A stretch of DNA of 64,000 nucleotides from a virus (taxonomy: Duplodnaviria; Heunggongvirae; Uroviricota; Caudoviricetes). The notes beneath the pieces were generated by a model. The model saw only the letters and a list, made by a program, of their open reading frames with translations, was not told the origin of the DNA and did not search any database. The translations under genes were made by a program, and so were the position numbers. Below, piece after piece: positions 9,117-17,958 of this stretch. Numbering within the stretch: position 1 is the stretch's first letter; each line of letters starts with the position of its first letter. The stretch covers positions 112,443 to 176,442 of IMG/VR virus record IMGVR_UViG_3300039208_000529; one strand, written 5' to 3'.

Positions 9117-11453
9117 ATGCAAACAGTAAGTAAAATTAGGCACACAATTGGTACAAAGTCAGAATATGTTTTAAAGGCAACATTGCCGGTTCCAAAAGGA
9201 ACATATCCAAGAACCGATGGTAAGGAGCCACTATCTGTTTTAGATCCATTTGGTAATCCATTTCCTACATCTGTGCACGCAGTATCTTGGTATCCAAACA
9301 AGGCAGCTGATGGAGCAGACGTAGTAGAACTTCAAATTCAGTTTAAGGTTGCCGGCAATCAGACTTCTGGACAAGAAGTTATTCTTGATGTTGTAGAAGA
9401 TCCGCATCCCTTTAAAAGATTAAAGATTGATAGAATTGCACGCCAAGCCATTGCTAGTCCGATGAAAGTTGTGGCTCATGATGTTCACGGAAATAGATAT
9501 CATGCACGAATTTCTTTGCGGCATCGTAAGAAAAACAAAGCAAGATATACTAAAATTGGCCGAGGATCATTACAGATTGAGACATACATAGATATGACTC
9601 CAGTTGATCCGACCGCAAGCAACGTCCTTGAGAAGCTTTTGGGAGTGAAAGCTATCTTTACTTTATGGCATAATGAGAAAGCAATTTCGCTAGATCTATA
9701 TCTACACAATGGTCATAGTGGCTTAAATGGAAACAAAAGACCGAACCACAATGTATATTTTGATTCATTAGAACTATGGGTTCCTACTGGTTGGAATGTT
9801 GTGCACAAGTACAATGAAACTAGTCATGGTGGATATAGAACTGAAAAGAAGTATGAAAAACATACTTTAGTTAAACCACTCTCTGGCGGCAAAATGCATG
9901 TCGTTCGCCAACAGGCACATATAGTGAGAAGAATGGTGCTTGCTCCTTTTGGCGAGGAGCAGGATGGTCAGTTTTATGCTGAAGACAACACGCTAGGTTT
10001 CTGTACTCATTCTCAGGGGCTATGGTCTTGGTGGACATTAGGGGGTTTTCAAAGTCAAGCGACTCATTTGCCATGGGCACCGCACATCGAGCCACTTGTA
10101 AAGAGTAAAAATTCTTTTTGGTTTAACGACATGAAGGATGCTCTTGCTAATGGTACACCAATTAATGGAAGTCCAAACGGAGTTCTCGGTTGGGCCCATC
10201 CTTATGGACCTAATTATGGGGGAGTAACCGGAGGAACCGAAATTGACATGTATCCAGGTTGGTTAGTAACGCAGGCAGCGAGCTTGGCTGGATATAGAAA
10301 ACATGATGTTTATATGCGTGCCAACACGGACAGACAACATCAAGTTATTATTAATGAGAATGGTGAGCATACCAAGCTGTCTGACTGGGTTATCGATGGT
10401 CCAACAGGACGATATTTCCCCGGACACTTTTATCAAACGCCATTTAACACAAATGGAAATGACATCTTTGGTTTTAAAACAGCGAATGCATCACACGATA
10501 CATTTGTTAAGAATAACAATCTATTGCCTCCATACAACAACGCACTGCTCGCTTATAAGCCATATGATTTACAGCACTATATTAGATATACTCGTAGCTT
10601 AAAGTTCTTGGTGTGGATGGGTAACGACCCAATTGCCAAGCATCTCTTGAAGGGAGCTGCCGAGATTGCACGTTTATCACTTAAAGATGTACCGAATGAT
10701 GAAAACGGCAACGCACAAGGGTTCAGTCTGTATTCTCTAAGAAGAAGTGCAACATTCAACCCCAACAAGGCAAATGTTTTTGGTAGAGATCACGGTTGGT
10801 GTGTCGATACTATGGCTGCTGCATATTCTATCAGCGGTAATGTCTGGAGAAACGAGGCATTGCCTTGGTTCCAAGAGGTATCAGACGTAATCAAAATGAT
10901 CCAAGGCGGCTGCAACGGAATGCTTAAAAGTCACTTCGGGTCAAAGATTTTGAACGGCCGATATAGAGGACAACAAATTTTCGAATTAGTTATTGCTACA
11001 AATGCTTTACTGAGCGTAGGAAATCAGGTGCTCGATAGCGTAGATGACAATAGAAAGATGGATGTTGACAACGCTATTGTTGCTGCAACCGATGGCATGA
11101 TGTCTTTGGCGTGTCCTAATTTTCAGCAAGCCCCAAAGCATATCGTTGCTACAGCACCATTAGGTGATTTTAGTCAACCAATGTATTGTACATGGAATGA
11201 CCTACCGCCAAATGGATGGTCTGGAAAAGAAGCAACATATTGTTTCCAGCTATTGGCCATGGCTGCCGGCTTAACTGGCAACCAAGTCTACATGGACAAA
11301 GCATTAAACATTGCCGAAGGTGTCAATACATGGAAGCCTCAGCACCAGACATTGCTTGATTGGCTAGATAGCCTATGGGTCAACAAAGCGAGTGGTCAGA
11401 ATCTTGAGAATCTGGCTTACTTGTACGCCATTGCTCAAGCCGTCCAAACCTAA
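9117..11453 (+). CDS. large hypothetical protein (778 aa), possibly a tail-associated enzyme or depolymerase
   Basis: ATG 5 nt after the upstream stop. No motif I can name with confidence. Confidence 0.6.
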   Translation: MQTVSKIRHTIGTKSEYVLKATLPVPKGTYPRTDGKEPLSVLDPFGNPFPTSVHAVSWYPNKAADGADVVELQIQFKVAGNQTSGQEVILDVVEDPHPFKRLKIDRIARQAIASPMKVVAHDVHGNRYHARISLRHRKKNKARYTKIGRGSLQIETYIDMTPVDPTASNVLEKLLGVKAIFTLWHNEKAISLDLYLHNGHSGLNGNKRPNHNVYFDSLELWVPTGWNVVHKYNETSHGGYRTEKKYEKHTLVKPLSGGKMHVVRQQAHIVRRMVLAPFGEEQDGQFYAEDNTLGFCTHSQGLWSWWTLGGFQSQATHLPWAPHIEPLVKSKNSFWFNDMKDALANGTPINGSPNGVLGWAHPYGPNYGGVTGGTEIDMYPGWLVTQAASLAGYRKHDVYMRANTDRQHQVIINENGEHTKLSDWVIDGPTGRYFPGHFYQTPFNTNGNDIFGFKTANASHDTFVKNNNLLPPYNNALLAYKPYDLQHYIRYTRSLKFLVWMGNDPIAKHLLKGAAEIARLSLKDVPNDENGNAQGFSLYSLRRSATFNPNKANVFGRDHGWCVDTMAAAYSISGNVWRNEALPWFQEVSDVIKMIQGGCNGMLKSHFGSKILNGRYRGQQIFELVIATNALLSVGNQVLDSVDDNRKMDVDNAIVAATDGMMSLACPNFQQAPKHIVATAPLGDFSQPMYCTWNDLPPNGWSGKEATYCFQLLAMAAGLTGNQVYMDKALNIAEGVNTWKPQHQTLLDWLDSLWVNKASGQNLENLAYLYAIAQAVQT

Positions 11454-11698
11454 ACTATTCTAGGTTTTTCATCGTCGGGACTAGCCGTTCCACGTTGCTT
11501 AGCTTTATCAGCAGCTAAGCTAGCTTCTGGAGTCATGACACAAGCTCCGTATGGAGTTCTTTCCGGTCGTGCCAAGACCTGTATAAATTCGTCACGAATA
11601 TTATGCTGAATTTCTCTTGGCACGTTAAAGTCATTTAAGCGTTCCCGCAAGATTCTATCAATAACTGCTTCAATATTATTCTTTGGGTCTGTTGACAT
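11450..11698 (-). CDS. hypothetical protein
   Basis: GGAGGA RBS 5 nt upstream of the internal ATG (MSTDPKNN...). Convergent with the + block. Confidence 0.55.
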   Translation of the reverse strand: MSTDPKNNIEAVIDRILRERLNDFNVPREIQHNIRDEFIQVLARPERTPYGACVMTPEASLAADKAKQRGTASPDDEKPRIV

Positions 11699-12203
11699 CG
11701 TTTCCTCCAAACCAACTATCTTTAAATTTTCTTACCTGTTTTTTCTTAATCTCTTCTTTTTCAGCCTCTATTTTATTAAATAGTTCTGTAAACTTTTCGC
11801 GTTTGAGAGATTGATCTACTGATCCTATAAGAGTATTATGTCCCTGTCGGACATTTTTGTTTATAAACGACGGATCTTTTTTTCTAAAGAGCACTATTCC
11901 CTTAATTAGTGGCAACAGCTGTCTTTTGACATATAGTGCCAACTCTTCAGAATATTCGTTTAAGGCTGAAGCCATACCGTTCAGCTCTTCAATGATTCTT
12001 GTATCATTATATACAAGTATATCTTCTTTTACTTCTCTGTCTTTTAATTCTGCTAAAGCAAAAATAGCTACATAGTATAAGTGGTGTTCTATATCGAACA
12101 GAGGATTTCCACTATCATCTAGAGCCGGAGAGCAGGACCGAGCAATGTCAATCCCCTCTCCGGTTATATAGTAGCCTTTATGATTGAAGTATACTGTTAT
12201 CAC
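11676..12203 (-). CDS. hypothetical protein
   Basis: 175-aa ORF in the operon. Confidence 0.5.
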   Translation of the reverse strand: MITVYFNHKGYYITGEGIDIARSCSPALDDSGNPLFDIEHHLYYVAIFALAELKDREVKEDILVYNDTRIIEELNGMASALNEYSEELALYVKRQLLPLIKGIVLFRKKDPSFINKNVRQGHNTLIGSVDQSLKREKFTELFNKIEAEKEEIKKKQVRKFKDSWFGGNDVNRPKE

Positions 12204-12718
12204 TTACTGGTGAAATGGATTGCTCCATTTACTTCTGCCATTCTTAGCTCTTCGTCGGTGACGATAGTAGCGTCTCGAACAGCATTTGAAATAGTAAGTA
12301 GTAGATCTTGTGTGCGAGGAGACAGTGTGCCTCCAATACCTAGATCGAAACCATTTCTAGCCAAGATCTCTTGCTCAACAATTAGAATGACTAGAAGAGC
12401 TTCATCATTAGTAAAACCATTGTTTTTCAGTGCTTCAGTTAGCAGATTTTCTACTCCACCAATAACTGGATTGGTTGCAACATCTTTAAGAGTTTCTGCT
12501 ACGAGTTCTGCGTCTTCTACACTGATAGTTTCATTAACGATCAATCTATTCATACCAATCTTAACGCCGAGCTGAAGATACAATTTCCATTTGTTGAAAT
12601 CTTGGTCAGACATCTCTTCGATGACAACAACACCGTGCTCGTTCTCTCCAGTGGACACACAGCTAACGCCGCCGAATGCCACTAGACTTAAAAGTAATCC
12701 TATTGCAATATTTTTCAT
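12200..12718 (-). CDS. secreted protein with a signal peptide
   Basis: N-terminal hydrophobic signal MKNIAIGLLLSLVAFGGVSC. Confidence 0.55.
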   Translation of the reverse strand: MKNIAIGLLLSLVAFGGVSCVSTGENEHGVVVIEEMSDQDFNKWKLYLQLGVKIGMNRLIVNETISVEDAELVAETLKDVATNPVIGGVENLLTEALKNNGFTNDEALLVILIVEQEILARNGFDLGIGGTLSPRTQDLLLTISNAVRDATIVTDEELRMAEVNGAIHFTSK

Positions 12719-13225
12719 TTAACGATATCCTTCTCTGGTTCCAGCGGGAGCTTTAGCGTTCATGTAGGCAGCCTTTTCTTCCGCAGAGTGTACAGGCAAT
12801 TTAGTGCCACAATCTTTACATCGATGAAACCAACCCTTTTGTCCGTTGCCAATTTCACCCATAGTTACACGACCTTTGTTTCTGTGAATACATTTACCAT
12901 CATCTTCATGAGATACAGTTGTTTCAACAACGTGATCGTCTCCGTTTCTATCTTTTAGCTCTTGTTTTTTTTGTCTGACAAAAACATCGTCGTCATGATC
13001 TTCTGCGACTTCATTAAGTTCTTGTCTTCTGGAAGACACATCTTTTTCTTTGGGAAGTGGTTTGTCTGAAACTAATTGTTGTTGAATTTTTGAAGCACAT
13101 GCTCCACATAGTTCAAATTTATTCCCCACCCTTTTTCCAGGCTTTTTAAAAGTTAACTGATGTGTGTTGTCAGGATCATATTCTTCTTTACAGAAGTCAC
13201 ATTCCTGTATAGTTCGTTTACCCAT
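12719..13225 (-). CDS. zinc-ribbon protein
   Basis: Two CxxC pairs at the N-terminus (CDFC...CGAC) and two near the C-terminus. Confidence 0.5.
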   Translation of the reverse strand: MGKRTIQECDFCKEEYDPDNTHQLTFKKPGKRVGNKFELCGACASKIQQQLVSDKPLPKEKDVSSRRQELNEVAEDHDDDVFVRQKKQELKDRNGDDHVVETTVSHEDDGKCIHRNKGRVTMGEIGNGQKGWFHRCKDCGTKLPVHSAEEKAAYMNAKAPAGTREGYR

Positions 13226-13226
13226 A

Positions 13227-13895
13227 TTAATACTCTATATTGTGTTCTGAATAGCGTTGTAATATTTTTTTAACAAGCGGATTTCTATGAACAATTTCGT
13301 AGTCTTCCATCGAGACAATTCCAACGCCATCAAGCCCTTCGATTAAATTTATTGCGTTTACTAAGGCACTATTTTTTAATGGAATGTCGCATTGATCAAG
13401 ATCTCCCGCTATAACCATTCTGGTATTTTTGCCGATTCTTGTCAAAATCATTTTCATAGCCCCTCCATCTAGAGGTACGTTTTGTGCCTCTTCTACGATA
13501 ACGAAACAGTTGTTGAAAGATCTGCCTCGGCACATGCTTAGAATAGTAAACTCAATCTGCTCTTTTATTAATCTATTGATCTCCCCTTCGTTATGTATAA
13601 GTTCTCTCATATTATCTTTAATGCCTTCAACGTAAGGTAACACCTTTTCTCGAAGGTCACCGGGCAAAGCTCCTAGATCTTCACCAATATTCGAGTGCAT
13701 GTATGGTCTAATAATAACGATTCTTTTTATCAAGCTCCTGTTGTCATATAATTCTCTTAATCCAGCACTAAGTGCTAAGAATGTTTTTCCCGTGCCTGCA
13801 TAACCGGTGCAAATCGTGATTTCGTTTTCTTGTATAGATTTATAATATTCTTTTTGTCCGTGATGAGGTTTTGCTGGTACGAAGATATTTTTCAT
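13227..13895 (-). CDS. phoH: PhoH-like ATPase
   Basis: Walker A GYAGTGKT and PhoH-family layout. Confidence 0.85.
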   Translation of the reverse strand: MKNIFVPAKPHHGQKEYYKSIQENEITICTGYAGTGKTFLALSAGLRELYDNRSLIKRIVIIRPYMHSNIGEDLGALPGDLREKVLPYVEGIKDNMRELIHNEGEINRLIKEQIEFTILSMCRGRSFNNCFVIVEEAQNVPLDGGAMKMILTRIGKNTRMVIAGDLDQCDIPLKNSALVNAINLIEGLDGVGIVSMEDYEIVHRNPLVKKILQRYSEHNIEY

Positions 13896-14452
13896 TTCTT
13901 CCTCTTCTTTTTTGCCCTCCGCTTCTTAATTACCTTAAGTCTGTGCGGAGTAAGTTTCATTCCAAACTTAGTTCTGCGGACCGTATTACTATATACCTCC
14001 TGTAGATGATGACTTACAAGCGTGCCGTTTAAGTGGTCCATTTCATGCGATACGGCTTGTGCTTGAAACCCAGTAAATGTTCTCTCCTGAATATTTCCAT
14101 CAATATCGAAATATTTTAGAGTAACTCTCTTAGGTCTTCGTGTTGTCACAGCCATACCCGGCAAGGACAGACACGCCTCCTGTCGCTTTCTTATTCCTGT
14201 TTTGTTCACAACAATAGGATTAATGAAAGCTTCATTTTCTCCATTAATTCTAAGCAGAAAAATTCTTTTTGGATATCCAACTTGTACAGCCGCTAAGCCA
14301 GCCGCGTTGTCACCCAATTCATTAAGGAGGTCGTTCATCTGTTCGATAACCATTGCGTCTGCATCACTAATTGGAATGCTACACGATTGAGATTCCATTT
14401 CTAGAAGAGGAAACTTCTCGGAAATAGGAGTTATAATGGGATGCTCATTCAT
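13892..14452 (-). CDS. def: peptide deformylase with a Lys/Arg-rich C-terminal tail
   Basis: GLAAVQVG, EACLSLPG and HEMDHLNG motifs. Confidence 0.85.
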   Translation of the reverse strand: MNEHPIITPISEKFPLLEMESQSCSIPISDADAMVIEQMNDLLNELGDNAAGLAAVQVGYPKRIFLLRINGENEAFINPIVVNKTGIRKRQEACLSLPGMAVTTRRPKRVTLKYFDIDGNIQERTFTGFQAQAVSHEMDHLNGTLVSHHLQEVYSNTVRRTKFGMKLTPHRLKVIKKRRAKKKRKK

Positions 14453-15213
14453 GATAATAAAGTATATCCTTCTTGTTCAACTAAAATACAATGCTCAAAA
14501 TGGGCACAACGAGAACCATCTCTGGTTCGAATTGTCCACCCATCAGAATCAACACTAGTCAGTGTTCCGCCAAACGTAGCGACGGGCTCAAGACAAAGAG
14601 TGTCACCGGTTCTAAAAGTAATTCCACTATACTTTCTTATTAAAAGCTTTTGTCCAAGACTGTTTTTGCTACTGTCAATACTGTTCGGAATAACTGGTTC
14701 TTCGTGAACAGATCTACCTATCTTGTGTCCACAGAAGTCAGCGAAAACATTTACACGATGTTTTGCGGCCCTCTTTTCTGCCGCTACAATAATATCATAT
14801 ATACTAACGCCATCTTTAATAACCTCTAGTTCTGCCAGCAATATATCTAAAGTAGATTCTAATAGCAGACTGTCGCCATCTCCAATTATATCGGTTGACG
14901 CTGCGTCTACATTCCAACCGCCATATTTTGTGCCAATGTCAATGGTTAGATAGTCGCCATCTTGAATTTTATATTCGTTTGGCAATCCATGAATGACGAC
15001 ATCGTTTACTGATAGACATGCAGTGTTCGGATAGTTTAAATAGCCTTTAAAAGCAGGTTCTGCTCCAGCGTTAAGAATAAATTTTTCTAGTTCACTATCC
15101 AATTCGAGCAAGGTCATTCCGGGTTCAACTATCTTAAATCCATACTCAATGGCCTGTCTATTAATGCGGCCAGCATGTTTCATACATTCAATTTTTTCTG
15201 ATTCGTTACCCAT
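14449..15213 (-). CDS. map: methionine aminopeptidase, type I
   Basis: VIHGLP, DIG..GGWNVD, GHKIGRSVHEEP and HFEHCILV motifs. Confidence 0.85.
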   Translation of the reverse strand: MGNESEKIECMKHAGRINRQAIEYGFKIVEPGMTLLELDSELEKFILNAGAEPAFKGYLNYPNTACLSVNDVVIHGLPNEYKIQDGDYLTIDIGTKYGGWNVDAASTDIIGDGDSLLLESTLDILLAELEVIKDGVSIYDIIVAAEKRAAKHRVNVFADFCGHKIGRSVHEEPVIPNSIDSSKNSLGQKLLIRKYSGITFRTGDTLCLEPVATFGGTLTSVDSDGWTIRTRDGSRCAHFEHCILVEQEGYTLLS

Positions 15214-15773
15214 TCCTTAATCATTGTCCAGTGAGGTAAAGTAGTTTTGTAAGCACGATCAGGACTTCGAAGATGGTATGCTGGATGATACGACACCATA
15301 ACTTTTGCAGTATGATCTTTAATTTGATATTCAAGCCATTCTTCTTTTATGTTTTCAGGAAAGAATTGACTTAGAGCACCTTTAAATGTAGAACCTTGTA
15401 GCTGTTGCATAGCAATTCTACCTAGTGCTATAATGAGAGGCGGCCTGAGTATTTGAATTTGTTTATCTAATCGAGCTTTACAGGCGTCAAGCTCGACTTG
15501 ATTTGGATTGCGGTTGTTGGGTGGACGGCACAAGACAGCATTTGTAATATATATTTCGTTTCTATCTACTCCAACGTATGATAATATATTGTCTAGTTTT
15601 TTGCCAGCCTTGCCAACAAAAGGCACGCCTATGTTATCCTCCTCTTCGCCAGGAGCTTCACCTACAATCATAAATAAAGGATTAGAGCTGCCTTCACCAA
15701 ATACTACGCTGTTTCTTGTGTTACATAAATTGCAGTCTGTGCAATCTAGCATTTTATTCTTTAGATCTTGCAT
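15180..15773 (-). CDS. uracil-DNA glycosylase, family 4
   Basis: GEGxx...MIVGEAPGEEEDxxGVPFVGKAG signature. Confidence 0.8.
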   Translation of the reverse strand: MQDLKNKMLDCTDCNLCNTRNSVVFGEGSSNPLFMIVGEAPGEEEDNIGVPFVGKAGKKLDNILSYVGVDRNEIYITNAVLCRPPNNRNPNQVELDACKARLDKQIQILRPPLIIALGRIAMQQLQGSTFKGALSQFFPENIKEEWLEYQIKDHTAKVMVSYHPAYHLRSPDRAYKTTLPHWTMIKEWVTNQKKLNV

Positions 15774-15942
15774 CGTATTTTTCTATTACTTCTTTAGCTG
15801 ATAAATGACCTTCTACGAAGCTTGCATATTCTTCTCTTGTTAATTTAAGAAATGTGTGTAGTGATTCTGGACTATCTCCAGCGTGCCACTCTTCTTCAAG
15901 ATCTAGAAGTCTAATTTCGTGTATGTCCGGTGAAGAATCCAT
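15754..15942 (-). CDS. hypothetical protein
   Basis: Start taken at the internal Met (MDSSPD...). Confidence 0.4.
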   Translation of the reverse strand: MDSSPDIHEIRLLDLEEEWHAGDSPESLHTFLKLTREEYASFVEGHLSAKEVIEKYDARSKE

Positions 15943-16924
15943 TGTGATCGGGATGCCAATTGAATTGATTAGATTTACGTTGCAAACAGAAGCTACCAAA
16001 ATGTAATAGATCTGCCATATGATCTGCGTAAGCCACTATCTTACCTTCAAAGGTTTTAATGTTTGATTCTGGGTTACACATATTTTCAAGTGCTTGTTTA
16101 GACTCTTCTGGAATACTGACTTGCATTGCACTTTCTGTATTCAAGAAAAGATGATCTATGAATCTGCTACTTGCACGATATATACCTGTCATGTAGTAGG
16201 CATCGCGAGGCTGTAAGTAGTCACCTTTAAATATAGTAGTTGTGGACCATCCGATGTTTCTGAGTATACAACCAACTATAATTAAAGATTTATTAACTGG
16301 TGCCTCAATTAGTTTGCATTGTTCTGCGGCAGATAGAGCAATTTTTAAGGAGTGTGTAACATGCATCAATAACCCGCCTCTATATGCTAGCGGGCCTTCG
16401 ATGCCGTATGGACTTGTCTTGAGCATAGATATCAACTCTAAACTATTCATAGCATTACCAATGATATCTCGATAGTGGCTATCGTCGATTTCGTCAACTA
16501 TGCCTTGCAGATCTTCACCAAAAACAGTTAGGACGTTTTCATTTGGTCCTTGTATGTAGTCAGTAATATTGTCTGGGGCGTTACCGAAGGGTTGTATCTT
16601 ATCTTTATTAGAATTAAACTGAAGGTTTCCACGGAAGTTCTTTATTGTTACTTCCATTTTGATGAACTCACCAGGCTCGACTAATCCAGGATTTTGCGTA
16701 ACATCAAAATCCCAGATCGCTCCCTCCATTTTGCCAGTAACATCTTGTACCACAACTTTGGTAAACGACTTGTTTCTTTTTACAGCATATGCTTCAACGA
16801 CCATAAAGACCTGTTCGTAGGTATGACCGTCTTGTAAATGAGCTATAGGGATATATTGATTAACGTTCATGTTTCTTGTTGCGTCCACCGGGCGATCTAT
16901 CTGAACCAAGTTTACATTCGGCAC
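15911..16924 (-). CDS. OB-fold plus HD-domain nuclease (YhaM-like 3'-5' exonuclease)
   Basis: N-terminal OB-like segment, HD motifs (LMHVTHSL..., AYADHMAD). Start may instead be ATG 16870. Confidence 0.5.
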   Translation of the reverse strand: MPNVNLVQIDRPVDATRNMNVNQYIPIAHLQDGHTYEQVFMVVEAYAVKRNKSFTKVVVQDVTGKMEGAIWDFDVTQNPGLVEPGEFIKMEVTIKNFRGNLQFNSNKDKIQPFGNAPDNITDYIQGPNENVLTVFGEDLQGIVDEIDDSHYRDIIGNAMNSLELISMLKTSPYGIEGPLAYRGGLLMHVTHSLKIALSAAEQCKLIEAPVNKSLIIVGCILRNIGWSTTTIFKGDYLQPRDAYYMTGIYRASSRFIDHLFLNTESAMQVSIPEESKQALENMCNPESNIKTFEGKIVAYADHMADLLHFGSFCLQRKSNQFNWHPDHNGFFTGHTRN

Positions 16925-17045
16925 AGCGTGCTACTCTGCGTATTAACTCATAAACTTCGTCGCCATATGCAAACGATACTCGTTTCTCTCCGGCAAAATA
17001 CATTTTTCCGCACTTGCGGCAATTAATAAGTTGGAGCGTTTTCAT
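16860..17045 (-). CDS. small zinc-ribbon protein
   Basis: CRKCG...CAEC pairs. Confidence 0.45.
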   Translation of the reverse strand: MKTLQLINCRKCGKMYFAGEKRVSFAYGDEVYELIRRVARCAECKLGSDRSPGGRNKKHER

Positions 17046-17559
17046 TTTTTAACCTAATACCGAGAATTTCTACCATCTTTTTTATTCTAAGGTGAATCAA
17101 ATTATGTGATACGTTCTGTTCTTCAGCAATTTCTCTGAACGACTTCTTAAGTATAAAATGGTCGTACAGATGCGAGACATGTTCTTGATCGCTTAAAACA
17201 TCAAAAATGGTTTGAATAAGATCATCACTAATTATCTCTTGTTCTATTTTCCCGTTGTCACTAACGGGTACTAATTCAACGTCTTCTATTCCTGGTTTAT
17301 TATTTAATCTATTTGTGACAAAACGACATAAGTGTCCGTTGATATATATCCAAGCAAAGCTACTAAACTTAATGTTCTTAGCTTTGTTAGGATCATAATT
17401 TTCGCATGCTTTTAACAGGGCAATCCATGCTTCTTGTTTAAGGTCTTCAACATCAATAAGCACATCTCTTTTACACAAAGGAATAAACTTTTTGACAATA
17501 CTGAAGATTAAAGCATTCCACTCTTCTTCTGGAAGCTTCTCTAGTAATTCATCATTCAT
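17023..17559 (-). CDS. RNA polymerase sigma factor (sigma-70 family, regions 2 and 4)
   Basis: Region 2 DLKQEAWIALLKACENYDP...FSSFAWIYI. Region 4 HTH SFREIAEEQNVSHNLIHLRIKK. Confidence 0.7.
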   Translation of the reverse strand: MNDELLEKLPEEEWNALIFSIVKKFIPLCKRDVLIDVEDLKQEAWIALLKACENYDPNKAKNIKFSSFAWIYINGHLCRFVTNRLNNKPGIEDVELVPVSDNGKIEQEIISDDLIQTIFDVLSDQEHVSHLYDHFILKKSFREIAEEQNVSHNLIHLRIKKMVEILGIRLKNENAPTY

Positions 17560-17929
17560 ATGATTGTAGTTGGGAGATAAGAATTGTTAGGTAGGTGTTT
17601 TTTTGTTCTTTACTAAATTTGTTCCAATTTTTAACTACATAAGGATTTCCAGTGTTTGGCACTTCTTCTTGGCATTCTGTAATTCTTTTATGTCTGTACA
17701 AGATGGAGCCTTCTTCATCTGTAATAACTAGTCCAGCGATATCTAGTTCTTTAGAATCTGACAGGCTCCACATAAACTGGAGAAAATCTTTAAATTGAAT
17801 GTTGGTTTTCTTATAGTCACCATCATAGTGAAGAATCATAACTCTAAGTTTGGTGTCATCTAAGAAACCTTTGTTGACCAGATCTTCTTTAATCTCATTA
17901 ATTTTCTTCCAATTAACTTTAAGGCCCAT
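17552..17929 (-). CDS. hypothetical protein
   Basis: 125-aa ORF. Confidence 0.5.
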   Translation of the reverse strand: MGLKVNWKKINEIKEDLVNKGFLDDTKLRVMILHYDGDYKKTNIQFKDFLQFMWSLSDSKELDIAGLVITDEEGSILYRHKRITECQEEVPNTGNPYVVKNWNKFSKEQKNTYLTILISQLQSYE

Positions 17930-17958
17930 AATGTAGTTCCTCCCTGTTAGGAATTACA

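Noticed and set aside
2645-10768. Antisense or alternate-frame ORFs within the + block (2645..2995-, 3073..3264-, 4272..4454-, 4904..5224-, 5659..5853-, 6008..6394-, 6481..6723+, 6597..6809-, 7106..7405-, 8447..8776-, 8999..9301-, 9500..9709-, 9871..10095-, 10303..10602+, 10577..10768-)
   Set aside because: Each is nested in a larger, better-supported gene on the other strand or frame. They lack RBS or coupling and have low-complexity compositions.
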